Positions 42,524 through 54,000 of a stretch of 64,000 nt of DNA are shown piece by piece (within the stretch, counting starts at the first letter, position 1; every line of letters begins with the position of its first letter). The DNA is from an uncultured Gemmatimonadales bacterium (lineage in GTDB: Bacteria > Gemmatimonadota > Gemmatimonadetes > Gemmatimonadales > GWC2-71-9), in contig CAWHFW010000005.1 of assembly GCA_963828735.1 (NCBI GenBank), forward strand, positions 992,001-1,056,000, written 5' to 3'. The notes below the pieces were generated by a model, which saw nothing but the letters and a program-made list of their open reading frames with translations, made no database searches and was not told the DNA's origin. The position numbers and the translations under genes are program-made.

Positions 42524-43532
42524 GACCTTGGCTCTTCGTTGTCGCGATGCTGCTCTGCCCCCTTGTCGCCTCGGCGCACGAAGTGCGCCCGGCTTACCTG
42601 CAGATACGTCAGACCGGACCAGACACCTACGATGTGCTCTGGAAGGTGCCGGGTCGCGGCGATGGCATGCGGCTGAGTCTCTACGTGGAGCTGCCGAAAG
42701 ACTGCGTCCAGCTGGGCGCGCCGCGGTCGACATTCGTGAACAACGCGTACACCGAACGCTGGAGCCTGAACCGTGCCGGTGGCTTGACGGGTGCTCCTAT
42801 CCGCATCGCCGGTCTCGCCGCCACGATGACGGACGTGCTCGTGCGCCTCGAGCGACTCGACGGCACGACGCAGGTGACGCGGCTCACGCCCTCGAGGCCT
42901 TCATTCGTCGTGGAGGCCGCGCCGACGAGGATCGAGGTCGCCGGCACGTACACGCGACTTGGGGTCGAGCACATTCTCACCGGCGTGGATCATCTGTCGT
43001 ACGTCCTCGCGATGCTGTTGCTCGTCAGCGGGTGGAAGCGCGTCGTGGCGACCATGACTGCCTTCACGGCGACCCATAGTCTGACGCTGACGGCAGCCAC
43101 GCTCGGTTGGGTGCATGTGCCGCAACCACCGGTCGAGGCGTGCATTGCCCTCAGCATCGTCTTCGTCGCCCGGGAGATCGCGCGGTCCCGGGAGGGCGCG
43201 TCGGGCCTGACCGAGCGGTGGCCGTGGGTGATCTCATTCACGTTCGGATTGCTGCACGGATTCGGGTTCGCCGGCGCGTTGAGCGAAGTCGGCCTCCCGC
43301 AGGCGGCGATTCCGGTCGCGCTGCTCTTCTTCAACGTCGGTGTCGAGATCGGTCAGCTGCTCTTCGTCGCCGCCGTGGTTGCCTCGCTCGTGTTCGGCCG
43401 CAGGGCATTGCGCCGACTTCGCCCCCCACCTTCGCCTACCTACCCTCCTCGACATTAGCGCGACTCGTCCCCCCGTACGCGATCGGCGGCGTAGCGATGT
43501 TCTGGGTCATCCAGCGGATCGCCGGGTTCTAA
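42520..43532 (+). CDS. HupE/UreJ family protein, frameshift near 43430
   Basis: LGVEHILTGVDHL, AFTATHSLTL, FGLLHGFGFA, FNVGVEIGQL; final TM in another frame. Confidence 0.85.
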
Positions 43533-44018
43533 GCGAGCTCGCGCCTCGCTCGGCTCCGTAGGTCGGTTACCGGGGCGTGCGGCCTGCTCGCGATTGGGCT
43601 CCAGCGGGAATGAGCTCTTCGAGAACGGTGTCGTCTTTGATTCGCGCGTGCTGTGATACGACAGACTCACGGATACAAGCGCCGCACTAGGCCCGGGGAT
43701 GTGCGATGATGAGCACCCCGGGGAGTGAAGCGGTTTTCGGGGGTCCCTATGTACCCCTCAAAGGTTCTAGGGGATAGGAAATAAGGAAGGCGATTTGTCA
43801 GTGGGCGCCCCAACGATCACCTGTTGCACTCGTCCATCACCGGCTGCACTCATCTGCAGCTCGCGCCCCGCCGCGGGAGCCAACCGAGTTGCGTGGTCGC
43901 CCCGCTTGCCATAGCATGAAACAGCGGCACTATCCGCTCCGCATCACCCCGCCGGCCGCGTGCGCGACGGTCGCTCGCTGTGGCTCCCGGCGCCGAGTCT
44001 TTGCCCCTGGAGGCCGTG

Positions 44019-45473
44019 ATGAACTCCCGCTCCCTTACACTCGCAGCAGGCTGCCTCGTACTGCTCGCCGCCTGCAGCGATGAGACCACCGAACCCGCCG
44101 TTCCTTCCTCACCATCGTTCGCATCCGCCACATCCTCAGGCCAAGTCGGCATCAACGTCGTCCTCAAAGGCAAGGCGACGAGTGGCCAGCTCGCGCAGCT
44201 CAACGCGATCGGCCAGGTGAAGAAGCAGTTCCCGGAGATCAACGGCCTCACCATGGTGGCCAAGGCCGAGCAGCTCGCCGCGGTGAAGGCCCTGCCCTTC
44301 GTCAAGGGCGCGGCACTCGACGCCGAGATCGATTTCCCGCCCAACACCCCCCTGGTGCCCGTCTCGGATTTCACCGGTGGCTTGAGCACCTGGGATCAGG
44401 ACGCGATCAACGCGACCGTCTCGCCGCTGAGCGCGACGCGCGGCGTCGCGCAGACGGGCGCCGGCGTCTGGGTCGGCATCCTGGACACCGGATTGCTCAA
44501 CACCTGGCCGCAATACTTCCCCACCGACCGCATCGCCACCCAGTACGCCACCTCCTTCACCGGCGGCGGGGCGGCTGGCGCGGGCAACGTCACCCAGCAG
44601 GCCGGCGACGCCTGGCAGCACGACGTCTGTGCCCACGGCACGCACGTGACCAGCACGGTGCTGGGCTATCAGGTCGCAGGCACCGTGCGGTTTCAGGGCA
44701 CCGCGCCACAGGCGACGGTCATCCCGGTCAAGCTCAGCACCCATGGGAGCCCGACGTCCCAGAACCCTAGCCCTTGCAGCTTTTTCAGCTCGCTCGCGGC
44801 CGCGGGCCTGCTCTACTTCGCGGCGCTCAAGCAGGGACCGCTCGCGGGGCAGCCGCTGGTGGTGAACAACAGCTGGGGCAGCAGGGGGAACGACCCCCTG
44901 GTCGAGGCCGCCGTCAACTTCGCCCTCCAACAGGGCGTGCTGCTGGTCTTCTCCGCCGGCAACGGGGGCGAGGATGGCATGCATTACCCCGGCGCGCTGC
45001 CGCAGGTCATCTCCGCGGCCGCGAGTGGCTGGACCCACGAGTGGGTGCCGGATGGCAACTGGTGGTTCACGCAGGACGTGGCCGACCCGACCAGCGCCAG
45101 CGACTTCTACATCACCGACTTCTCGAGCCGGCAGCTCGACGGGCAGGATCTCGACATCGCCGCCCCGGGCTCCTGGGTCGTTGGGCCGTATCAGGTCCAG
45201 CGCGGCCAGACCGACTTCTTCTTCCTCGGCGGCACCTCGCAGGCGGCGCCACACGTCACTGGCACCATCGCGCTGATGCTGCAGAAGAACCCCACCCTGA
45301 CCGAGGCGCAGGCCGAGTCGATCATCGAGAGCTCGGCGGTGCCGCTGGGCGCGGGGTGTCGGCAGGTCATTCTGGTGCCGCTCACTCCGCCGCCGGAAGA
45401 GATCTGCTGGGGCGCCGACGCAACGGGCGCGGGACTGCTCGACGCGGCCGCGGCGGTCGCGGCTACGCCGTAA
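44019..45473 (+). CDS. S8 (subtilisin-like) serine peptidase, lipoprotein
   Basis: ILDTG, HGTHV, SAGN, GTSQAAPHV; LAAC lipobox. Confidence 0.92.
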   Translation: MNSRSLTLAAGCLVLLAACSDETTEPAVPSSPSFASATSSGQVGINVVLKGKATSGQLAQLNAIGQVKKQFPEINGLTMVAKAEQLAAVKALPFVKGAALDAEIDFPPNTPLVPVSDFTGGLSTWDQDAINATVSPLSATRGVAQTGAGVWVGILDTGLLNTWPQYFPTDRIATQYATSFTGGGAAGAGNVTQQAGDAWQHDVCAHGTHVTSTVLGYQVAGTVRFQGTAPQATVIPVKLSTHGSPTSQNPSPCSFFSSLAAAGLLYFAALKQGPLAGQPLVVNNSWGSRGNDPLVEAAVNFALQQGVLLVFSAGNGGEDGMHYPGALPQVISAAASGWTHEWVPDGNWWFTQDVADPTSASDFYITDFSSRQLDGQDLDIAAPGSWVVGPYQVQRGQTDFFFLGGTSQAAPHVTGTIALMLQKNPTLTEAQAESIIESSAVPLGAGCRQVILVPLTPPPEEICWGADATGAGLLDAAAAVAATP

Positions 45474-45520
45474 GAGCGCGCCGACACCGAGACGCGGGCA
45501 AGGCCAAGTCCTGGGCCTCT

Positions 45521-46843
45521 CTACCTGTTATAAGGAAACTCGTTGATCCAGTGAAATCCCCGATTCATGAGCGGGAAATCGGACAGCGGGATCTTCCGCA
45601 TGTGCACCTGGATCGAGTCGGACCTGAGGGTGCCGCGAAGGACGAGGTGGGCCGGGTCGACCCAATAGTAGGAAAGGGGATATCGGACGTCGCCGGTATC
45701 GGGCCAGATCGTGAGGAGCCTGCTCACCGAATCCCGCTCGAGCTGGAACCGTAGCATGGAATCGTCCATCATGCGCACCACGAGCCGCCCGTACGTGGAG
45801 ATTCCGACCTTCCGCCACCGATGCGAGTTGGTCGTGACCGGCGGCAGCTCCACGTGGTTGGCTGTGAATTGCTCGACCTCGTAGGCGCCGTCCAGTGGAT
45901 CTCGCGGGGCTCCATCGCCGTAGGTCTTCCAGGTGGTGTAGCCCTCGCGAATCGAGGAGTAGACGAGGAATCCGATGAAGGCCAGCTTCGCCGCGACTCG
46001 CATTCTCGCGGCGGGCGCCCGACCCGTGGGCGCGAGCACGAGGGCCTCTGTGGGGCGATTGAGAATGAAGACGTCCGCGAGTCGCCGCGCGTCCGGAAGG
46101 AGGACGAATGCGGCCATCAGCCAGAGGTGCACCGAGTAGAGTTTGACAGGGACGTCGTAGCTGAAGTTGAGCATCACGACGTTCGCCATCACCGCGAGGA
46201 CGACAAGCGCCCCCAGCGCCAGGGTACGGCGAGAGAAGAGAAGGACACCCCCGATCGACTCGGCCAGCCCCGCGAACACTGTATACGGAGTCGAGAAGCC
46301 CATAAAGGTCCAGAGGAGCGCCATGGGCGAGGAGTCGCCATAGGGCTCGAGCAGCCTGAAGGCCGAGGGGATCGGGAATTGAGACTTAAACACCTTCGCC
46401 ATACCGTAACCAAGCATGGCGGTCGCGAGCACGTAGCGGACATAGACGCGGAGCCAGTGGTCCAGGGTCCGGTATTCTGTTCGTCGGGCGAAGAGGCTCC
46501 AGAGGATGGTGCCCAACAAGGCGAGAAGGGCGAGGCACGCGAGCTGGACGTAGTTGAACGTGGTGTCGCCGCTTCCGGTCGTGTTCACGTGGATCTCGCG
46601 CGCGATCCCGAAGATGTGGTTGCCGGCCCACGGCACGACCCGGTTCCAGAGCGAGTCGTAGGCGCCCGAGATCCGGTCGGTCCAGGGAAGCACGCCGATC
46701 GGAAAGGGGAAGCTGAAGAGGCCGAAGTAAAGGAAGACGAAGCGAAACGCGATCCGCCGTGGAAGGCTCCACTCGATCCGATCGGCGCCCGCAGGCAGGT
46801 CCGTACGCTCGGTCCGACCGACACCGATCGATTCCTGACCCAT
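45521..46843 (-). CDS. DoxX-like membrane protein
   Basis: TGSGDTTFNY, YGMAKVFKSQF, SPMALLWTFMG, YDVPVK, RGFHWINEFPYNR. Confidence 0.75.
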   Translation of the reverse strand: MGQESIGVGRTERTDLPAGADRIEWSLPRRIAFRFVFLYFGLFSFPFPIGVLPWTDRISGAYDSLWNRVVPWAGNHIFGIAREIHVNTTGSGDTTFNYVQLACLALLALLGTILWSLFARRTEYRTLDHWLRVYVRYVLATAMLGYGMAKVFKSQFPIPSAFRLLEPYGDSSPMALLWTFMGFSTPYTVFAGLAESIGGVLLFSRRTLALGALVVLAVMANVVMLNFSYDVPVKLYSVHLWLMAAFVLLPDARRLADVFILNRPTEALVLAPTGRAPAARMRVAAKLAFIGFLVYSSIREGYTTWKTYGDGAPRDPLDGAYEVEQFTANHVELPPVTTNSHRWRKVGISTYGRLVVRMMDDSMLRFQLERDSVSRLLTIWPDTGDVRYPLSYYWVDPAHLVLRGTLRSDSIQVHMRKIPLSDFPLMNRGFHWINEFPYNR

Positions 46844-47072
46844 GGCTCACATCCTCCTGTCGCCGTGGACCCGCTGTGTTGCTGGTGGGCTTACTCCCCC
46901 TAACTCCACTGCAGCGACGATCGTCGCAACCCAGCGTCCATGAGCAGCAGCACGGCGGCAGTGCATGGCGCCTCCGAGCTGGTGACCGAGATCGGTGCGT
47001 CGGTCGCCCAGGGCGGTCGACGGCCCGCGCCTTCTGCAGCGAATTGTCAGGCGGTTCTTGTCAGTGAGGGTC

Positions 47073-47573
47073 TCATCCGACGTACGAGAGAACAGCGTGT
47101 TCAATTCCACCGAAAACAAAGCGAGCCACCTCGCGCATGCCCATCCTTGTGTGCGCGCGCAGCGATGCCGGATTGTCACGCCGGATGAAGAGAATGCCTT
47201 CACGCCCCAGCTCCAGGCGCCGTAACTCCGTGAACATGGCCTGAGCGAGCCCTTTGCCACGTTCCTCTTCCTTCACGCATATGGGGCCATACACATACGC
47301 GTCGGCCGTCCCCGGATACGCATCGAGCATCGCGCGAATGATGGGGACATCGTCGTTCATCTCCCGCGTACTCGTCAGGAGGAAGGCGACAACGCGGTCA
47401 CTCCGGCGCGCAACGATGAGTGGCCTCCCAACCATCATCTCCGCGACACGGGACCGTGACAGGTTTGCGGACAGCATGCCTCCGCGCTCGGGCTGGTTTG
47501 CCGCTTGCAGTTCCATGATGCCGTCCAGGTCTGCTTCAGTTGCCCTGCCAACGCTCACTCCAGAGATTGCCAC
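47073..47573 (-). CDS. GNAT family N-acetyltransferase
   Basis: ICVKEEERGKGLA, NPASLRAHTRMG. Confidence 0.85.
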   Translation of the reverse strand: MAISGVSVGRATEADLDGIMELQAANQPERGGMLSANLSRSRVAEMMVGRPLIVARRSDRVVAFLLTSTREMNDDVPIIRAMLDAYPGTADAYVYGPICVKEEERGKGLAQAMFTELRRLELGREGILFIRRDNPASLRAHTRMGMREVARFVFGGIEHAVLSYVG

Positions 47574-47693
47574 GACCCTTACCTCCGGCGCCCAACGACT
47601 CGAGCATCGGCTGCGGACCATCGTGCCTGCGCCCGCACGAAGCCACGCGTCCTAGAGCGTTCGCGGAAAACGTCTGACAGATAGAGACTCAAA

Positions 47694-48305
47694 ATGAGAA
47701 AGATCAAGATCATCGAACAGATCTCGCTGGACGGCGTGATCCAGGCGCCCGGCGGACGGAACGAAGACGGCGACTACGCGCATGGCGGATGGGCGATGCT
47801 GTTTTTCGATACGGCCATATTGGAGGCCATCGTCGCGGCGCAGGGCAAGAGCTTCGACCTGCTGCTTGGCCGCCGCACCTACGATATCTGGGCCGGCTAC
47901 TGGCCCAAGGCCGAGAAGGGCCCGATCGCGGACGGCCTGAACGCCGCGACGAAATACGTCGCGACCCACAGGCCGGACAGCCTCAGCTGGGGCCCGGCCG
48001 AGGGCCTGGGCGCGGACATCGTGCAGGGTGTCCGCGGCGTCAAGTCAAAGGACGGCCCTGACCTGATCGTCTGGGGAAGCTCGACGCTAACGTCCGTGCT
48101 GCTCGAGCAGGGACTGGTCGAGGAGGTTCTGCTGCTCGTCTGCCCGGTCTTGCTGGGCCGGGGCAAACGCTTCTTTTCGGACAGTGCTGACCCGCGCGAA
48201 CTCGCTCTCGTCAGCACGAAGGCCGCGTCCTCGGGCGTGCTCATGAACACGTATCGACACGTTGGATCGCTGCGGACCGAAGCGGCCGCCGACGCGAGCG
48301 GCTGA
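47694..48305 (+). CDS. dihydrofolate reductase-like (RibD C-terminal) protein
   Basis: ISLDGVIQAPGG, LLLGRRTY, PVLLGRGKRFF. Confidence 0.88.
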   Translation: MRKIKIIEQISLDGVIQAPGGRNEDGDYAHGGWAMLFFDTAILEAIVAAQGKSFDLLLGRRTYDIWAGYWPKAEKGPIADGLNAATKYVATHRPDSLSWGPAEGLGADIVQGVRGVKSKDGPDLIVWGSSTLTSVLLEQGLVEEVLLLVCPVLLGRGKRFFSDSADPRELALVSTKAASSGVLMNTYRHVGSLRTEAAADASG

Positions 48306-48346
48306 GCGGGCGACCGAAGTACGACCCGGGCCAACGAGCTCAATGG

Positions 48347-48895
<549 letters not shown>

Positions 48896-48961
48896 TGCTC
48901 AATCAGTACCGCCGATGGGGTAGACGAGCAAGGTTAGTCCGCTTCCTGGCCAGGGCACCGC

Positions 48962-49035
48962 CTACTTCGGCACGGCTTCCACGATTGCGATCCCCCCGGC
49001 CGTGTCGAGCAGCCGCTCGAGCCGAAAGCCGGAGG
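48962..49035 (-). repeat. duplicate of the 3' end of the methyltransferase gene (49993-50066)
   Basis: 74 nt with 4 differences by manual comparison. Confidence 0.95.
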
Positions 49036-49046
49036 GATCGACGACT

Positions 49047-49562
49047 TCATGACCGTCCCACGCTCGCGCCCAGGGTGACGAGAAGCTCGTCCAGTTGCTC
49101 GAACGTCTCTCCCATCGCATCCGCCGCCCCGGTGCCGGCGGCGTCGAGAGCTTCCTTCGAGGGATAAAGCTCGTGCATGACCAGCAACGTCTTGCCGCCT
49201 TTTTCCGCGAAGGTCACCGTCGTGACGGAACCCTCGTCACTTTCCTCATTGGTCCAGACGAGGCGCGAGTGCGGTGTTACTTCCTTGTACGTGCCGAAGA
49301 ACGCCGCCTGTGAGTCCCCGTGTGCAAACTCCAAACGGTACCTGCCCCCGACACGAACATCCATTTCGCAGGAAAGCAGGGACATTCCCATCGACTTCGG
49401 CACCCACCACTGCCTGAACAGATCGGGCTTGGTCCACGCCTCGAACACGAGGCGCGCCGGGCCGTTGAAAGTTCGCGTGACGACGAGCTCACGCTCGGAC
49501 TTCCGCTCCACGGTCGTACGGTTCTTCATGGGGGCAACCTCACTCTCTCGTCTTGCGTTCAT
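49047..49562 (-). CDS. SRPBCC/AHSA1 family protein
   Basis: ELVVTRTFNGPARLVFEAWTKP, EMDVRVGGRYR. Confidence 0.9.
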   Translation of the reverse strand: MNARRESEVAPMKNRTTVERKSERELVVTRTFNGPARLVFEAWTKPDLFRQWWVPKSMGMSLLSCEMDVRVGGRYRLEFAHGDSQAAFFGTYKEVTPHSRLVWTNEESDEGSVTTVTFAEKGGKTLLVMHELYPSKEALDAAGTGAADAMGETFEQLDELLVTLGASVGRS

Positions 49563-49905
49563 CGACCTTCTCCTTTCGTTTCAATTCCTCGACAACTTCG
49601 TCCAGCTCGTCGAAGCGTGCGTCCCAGAGCTGGCGGTATCTCTCGATCCATGCAGCTTCCTCCTCCAGTCGGCGCGGGCCGAGCTTGCAGGTCCGCACGC
49701 GCCCGACCTTCTCCGTCGTGACTAGCCCCGCCTGCTCCAAGACGCCGACATGCTTCTTCATGCCCGTGAGGGTCATGGGGAATTTCTCGGCGAGGTCCGT
49801 GATCGAAGCGTCTGCACGCCCGAGCTGCTCCAGAACGCCACGTCGGGTGGCGTCGGAGAGCGCGGCGAACGAGGCATCGAAGCGGGTCTGGGTATAGTGA
49901 ACCAT
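49540..49905 (-). CDS. ArsR family transcriptional regulator
   Basis: FAALSDATRRGVL, MTLTGMKKHVGVLE. Confidence 0.9.
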   Translation of the reverse strand: MVHYTQTRFDASFAALSDATRRGVLEQLGRADASITDLAEKFPMTLTGMKKHVGVLEQAGLVTTEKVGRVRTCKLGPRRLEEEAAWIERYRQLWDARFDELDEVVEELKRKEKVDERKTRE

Positions 49906-49918
49906 ATGGTTCAGTATA
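49893..49918. promoter_or_regulatory. palindromic operator overlapping ArsR start codon
   Basis: tatagTGAACCATATGGTTCAgtata (16-bp perfect palindrome). Confidence 0.75.
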
Positions 49919-49992
49919 TAGCACGGAGAGGCGGCACGCAAGGGGAGGCCGAGCTCGCGCTGCCTTGAACAGCTCACAGGAGATCGCGCGGC

Positions 49993-50982
49993 TTACTTCG
50001 GCACGGCTTCCACGATGGCGATCCCGCCGGCCGTGTCGAGCAGCCGGTCGAGCCGAAAGCCGGAGGTGGCGAGCAGCGCCTCGTACTCCTGCCCCGTCCG
50101 CTGGAGCCCGCCGGCGACGGCCAGCATCAACACGTCCAGCGTCTTGGCCCAGTGCGGGCCCGGCTCGTCAGGCACGAGTTGCTCGATCACGAGCAGCTTG
50201 GCGTGGGCCGGTGCCGCGGCGCGCACCGCCTTGAGGATGGCGGTCGCCTCCTCGTCGCCCCAGTCGTGGATGACTTCCATGAGCAGGTAGGCGTCGCAGG
50301 CCGGCAGCGGATCGCTGAAAAAGTCCCCGGGCTGTAGCACGAGCCGCTCCGACGCCAGGTCAGCGACCTCGCGGAGCACATTCGGCAGGTCGAAGAGCAC
50401 GCCCCTGGCCGCGGGTGCGCGCTCCAGCACGGCCCGCAGCAGGTGGCCGTGCCCGCCGCCGATGTCGCCGATGACGTGGAAGCCGGAGAAGTCGTAGGCG
50501 CCGAGGATGCTGGCCACGTGGCCGTGGGCCTTGGCCGTCATGGCCTCGCCGAAGATGCGGGCCTCCTCCGGGCGGTCGGCGAGGTATTTGAACACCCCGT
50601 CGGGCGCCACCTTCTCGACCGCCGGTCGGCCGGTGCGCAGCGAGTGCTCGAGGAACCCATAGGCCCCTCGGTTGAACGGCAGGCCGAACATCCGTACGAG
50701 CGGACGCAACGACCGGGGATGATCGGCGCGTAACAGCTGCGAGCCCGGCGTGTGCGAGACCATGCCGTCGCGGGTCGCGAACACGCCGTGGGCCGAGAGC
50801 AGGCGGAGCGTGCGCTCGAGTGCCTGCGGGTGCGCTCCGGTTTCCTGCGCCAAGGCGGCGGCTGTCTGGGGCGTCTCGCCGAGCACGTCGGCCACCCCGA
50901 GGTCGGCCACCACGTGCAGGCTACGGGAGAGGAGCCAGGCCGCGCTCATCTGCATTACCACGTCATGCGGCGTCGGTGTCAT
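49993..50982 (-). CDS. O-methyltransferase (class II, dimerisation domain)
   Basis: DIGGGHG, LFDLP, GDFF, VIHDWGD. Confidence 0.9.
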   Translation of the reverse strand: MTPTPHDVVMQMSAAWLLSRSLHVVADLGVADVLGETPQTAAALAQETGAHPQALERTLRLLSAHGVFATRDGMVSHTPGSQLLRADHPRSLRPLVRMFGLPFNRGAYGFLEHSLRTGRPAVEKVAPDGVFKYLADRPEEARIFGEAMTAKAHGHVASILGAYDFSGFHVIGDIGGGHGHLLRAVLERAPAARGVLFDLPNVLREVADLASERLVLQPGDFFSDPLPACDAYLLMEVIHDWGDEEATAILKAVRAAAPAHAKLLVIEQLVPDEPGPHWAKTLDVLMLAVAGGLQRTGQEYEALLATSGFRLDRLLDTAGGIAIVEAVPK

Positions 50983-51075
50983 GCTACTTCCCCTCGGCTT
51001 CAGGTGAGTTCGGTACCATCTCGAACGAGCGCAGCCCACAGTCCGGGCCGTACCCATGGGCAAAGCTACGCGGGC

Positions 51076-54000
51076 TCATGGCGCACTCATCGCCCCGATC
51101 CCGACGATCGAGGGAATCTCCGGCGGAGGGCCCCCCGCGCCGGCACTCGCCTGTTCCAGCTGCTGCGCCTGGAACCGCGCGAGGGAGAACTGCTCCTCGA
51201 GCTGCCAGACGCGCTTGATGGCGTCGATCTTCCGCCGGAGGAGCGCCGCGAACTCGCTCGTCTGCGGCGGCACCCCTTCTCCCCGCTTCACGGCCGCCGC
51301 CTCGTCCTCGAGCATCTTGTTGGTCGCGGCGTCCATCTCCTTCATGAGCGCGTCGCGCTCGACCCGGGCGGCCTCGAGGGCGCGCTCGGCCTCGGCCACC
51401 TGGCGCTGGGCGTCGAGCGCGGGACTCGGCGGCGGCGACCCCGGCGGCGGTGACGCCTGCGACGGCGTGAGTGGAGGTGGCGAGCCCGGAGGCGGCGAAC
51501 CGGGCGGCGGACTGGCGCCGCTACACTGCGGGCTCCCGCCTCCGCCGCCCGGCGGAACCGGCCGCTCCGGCATCGGGAGCGTGCCACCGCCGGACTGACC
51601 GGGTGAGGGAGGACGGGGCGCCACCTTGCCCAGCTCCCGGACCGCGGCGGCATACTCCTTCAGCGCCTGCTGGTACTGGTTGTACAGCGCTTTCCATCGC
51701 GCGTAGTCCCGGCCCTGGAAGTCGGCCTTCCCGCTGCGGACGAGCTCCTCGAATCGCTCGCTGGCCTCGCGCACCTCCGTGCGAGCCTGGATCAGCTCTG
51801 CATTCAAGGCCTCGAGGCGGCGATACTGCTCCACCAGCGCGCGAATCCGGGCGAGCGCGGCCTCGGCACGGGCCACGGCCTGCCGGGCCCGCTCGGCCAT
51901 GGTGATGTCCATCTTCGCGTCGAGGAGCCGCTGTCGGGCGTCCCAGTCGGTCTCGCCGGGCGGGTTGGCCTCCGCCGCCGCGATCTCCTTCTTGGCCTCC
52001 TCGGCCTTCTGCGCGGCAGCGCGCGCGGCCGCCTCCTCCTCCCCGAGGAACCGCTCCGCGTCCGGTGCCCGCCCGGCCCACCCCTCCGACTGTTTGGCGT
52101 ACGTGCCGGGCGCGGCGGGAGCCAGGTCGCCCCACGCCTCGTCGAAGGGGACCCGCTCGCTCGGGGGGGCCGGCTCGGAAGACTTGTTCGGTGCCAGGGG
52201 GTCGGCCGGACGCTCGCCCGGATTCTCGGCGGGCTGCGTGCGCCCGAGCGGGTCGGCCGGAGCCTCGCCGTTCTCCGCCGCCTGCGTCTTCCCGAGCGGG
52301 TCGGCCGGCGCCTCGCCGTTCTCCGCTGCCTGCGTGCGCCCGAGCGGATCGATGCCCGGTTCCTCACCTGCGCCCGGCTGCGCGGCCGGCGGACCCTCTC
52401 CCGCGGCCCCGCCCGGTGCGCCGCCGCCGGGCGGGCACTCGGGAGGTGCCTTCGGGGCCGGCGCTCCGCCCGGCGCTCCGCCCGGCGACCCGCCGCCCCC
52501 GGACGACCCTGAGGGGATCACCGGCTCGGGCGGAGGAAGCGCGCGGAGCATTCGCCACAGCTTGATCTGCTTCGCCAGGATGCCCCACACCACCGACGCC
52601 TTGTAGAACATCCCCGCGAGCAGGGCGCTCCTCCATGCCTCCCACACGCACGCGCTCTTGGTCTTCTCCGGCTCGTCCGCCCACGCCGGCGTGACCAGCC
52701 AGTCGAGCGGCGACTTGGCGCTCGCCACCTGGCCGCCAGACCCTCCTTCAATGGCCCTGCCGCACCAGAGAAACTCGAACATCCAGGCCTCGACCACCGC
52801 GGAGCCGAGCAGCACGGTGTACTTGAACGCCCGCTCCGCCAGCGTCTGCCCCCAGCCGGTGCCGGAGACGCCGAGCGTCTGCCCGGTCCGCGGATCGGTC
52901 CGCCACCAACCGGCCAGCTCGGCCGGCGTCGCGCCGGTGAGCGATGCCGGCGCGACGAGCACGTACCCCGCCGCCAGATCGTCCACCATCCGCTGACGGA
53001 TGTCCGCCGAGAGGCCCTTCAGCAGCGGGTCGTCGGCCGACGTGATCGCGTGCCAGCGCGCGGCGCGCGCGAACCCGTCGGCCACGGACCCCACGACGGG
53101 CTGCCCCGCGTACAGGAGCGCCTCGGCGTTCGTATCGCGGACGCCCTGCCGGCGGCGCACTGAGGCGGGATCGGACGCGCCCGGCGCGGGGGCCACGTCG
53201 TTCGCCACGATGTCGGTGCCTTCGAGCCGGACGATGCGCCCCCGCCGCAGCCCCAGGAACGCGTGCCGGGAGAAGACGTTCGGCCGGTCGAGGAAGACGT
53301 CGGCATCGGGGTCGGCCGACATCCGGACGGCTGCCAGGGTGTAGAGCTGCGAGGGACCGGGGACGACGCTCGTGGCGAACGTGTCCATGGCCTCCGACAG
53401 CGTGCGGACAGGCGGGGGCCCCGACGACCGGAGGAAGTTCCGGTTCGCCAGTGCCGCCTTTGCCGTCAGATGGAGCAGGTACTCCGGCGCGATGCCGCTG
53501 CCGAGCGGCAGGATCTCGGTCGTGCGGGTGAGGGCGAGGCTGCGCTCGAGGCGCTGCCGCTCGTCCGGCGCGAGCCGGACGGGACGCCCGGCCGCCCTGG
53601 CGGCGGGACCGACCAGGTCGAACAGCTGCCGGCGGACGACCTGATGCGGCCGACCGGGGACGACGATCTCGTATTCGAGCCAGGCCGCGCTCAGCTCGTC
53701 CGCGCCGTCGTCCACCGCCCTGCCGATGCCTTGGCCGAGGCCGCCGAAGGGGTTGCCGGAATTGGCGGCGACGGCGCCGGCGTCGAGCGAGATCTCGGCC
53801 TCCGCCGTCTGGCCTCCGGCCGCCAGCGTGACATGCCACTCCCGTTCCTCGAGCGCCGCCGTCCGGAAGGCGGCCGCGGGATCGGCAGCCAGCGCGATGA
53901 GGTCCGGCTGCCAGCCGGCCGGCATGATCTCGAGCACGACCGGCTGCCCGGTCACGTCGGCGGGCCGGATCTCGCGCTGCAGGAGCGGCCGCGCCCTGAG

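Noticed and set aside
45230..45260. GTSQA instead of GTSMA as an inactive S8 peptidase
   Set aside because: Catalytic Asp, His, Ser and oxyanion Asn are all present.
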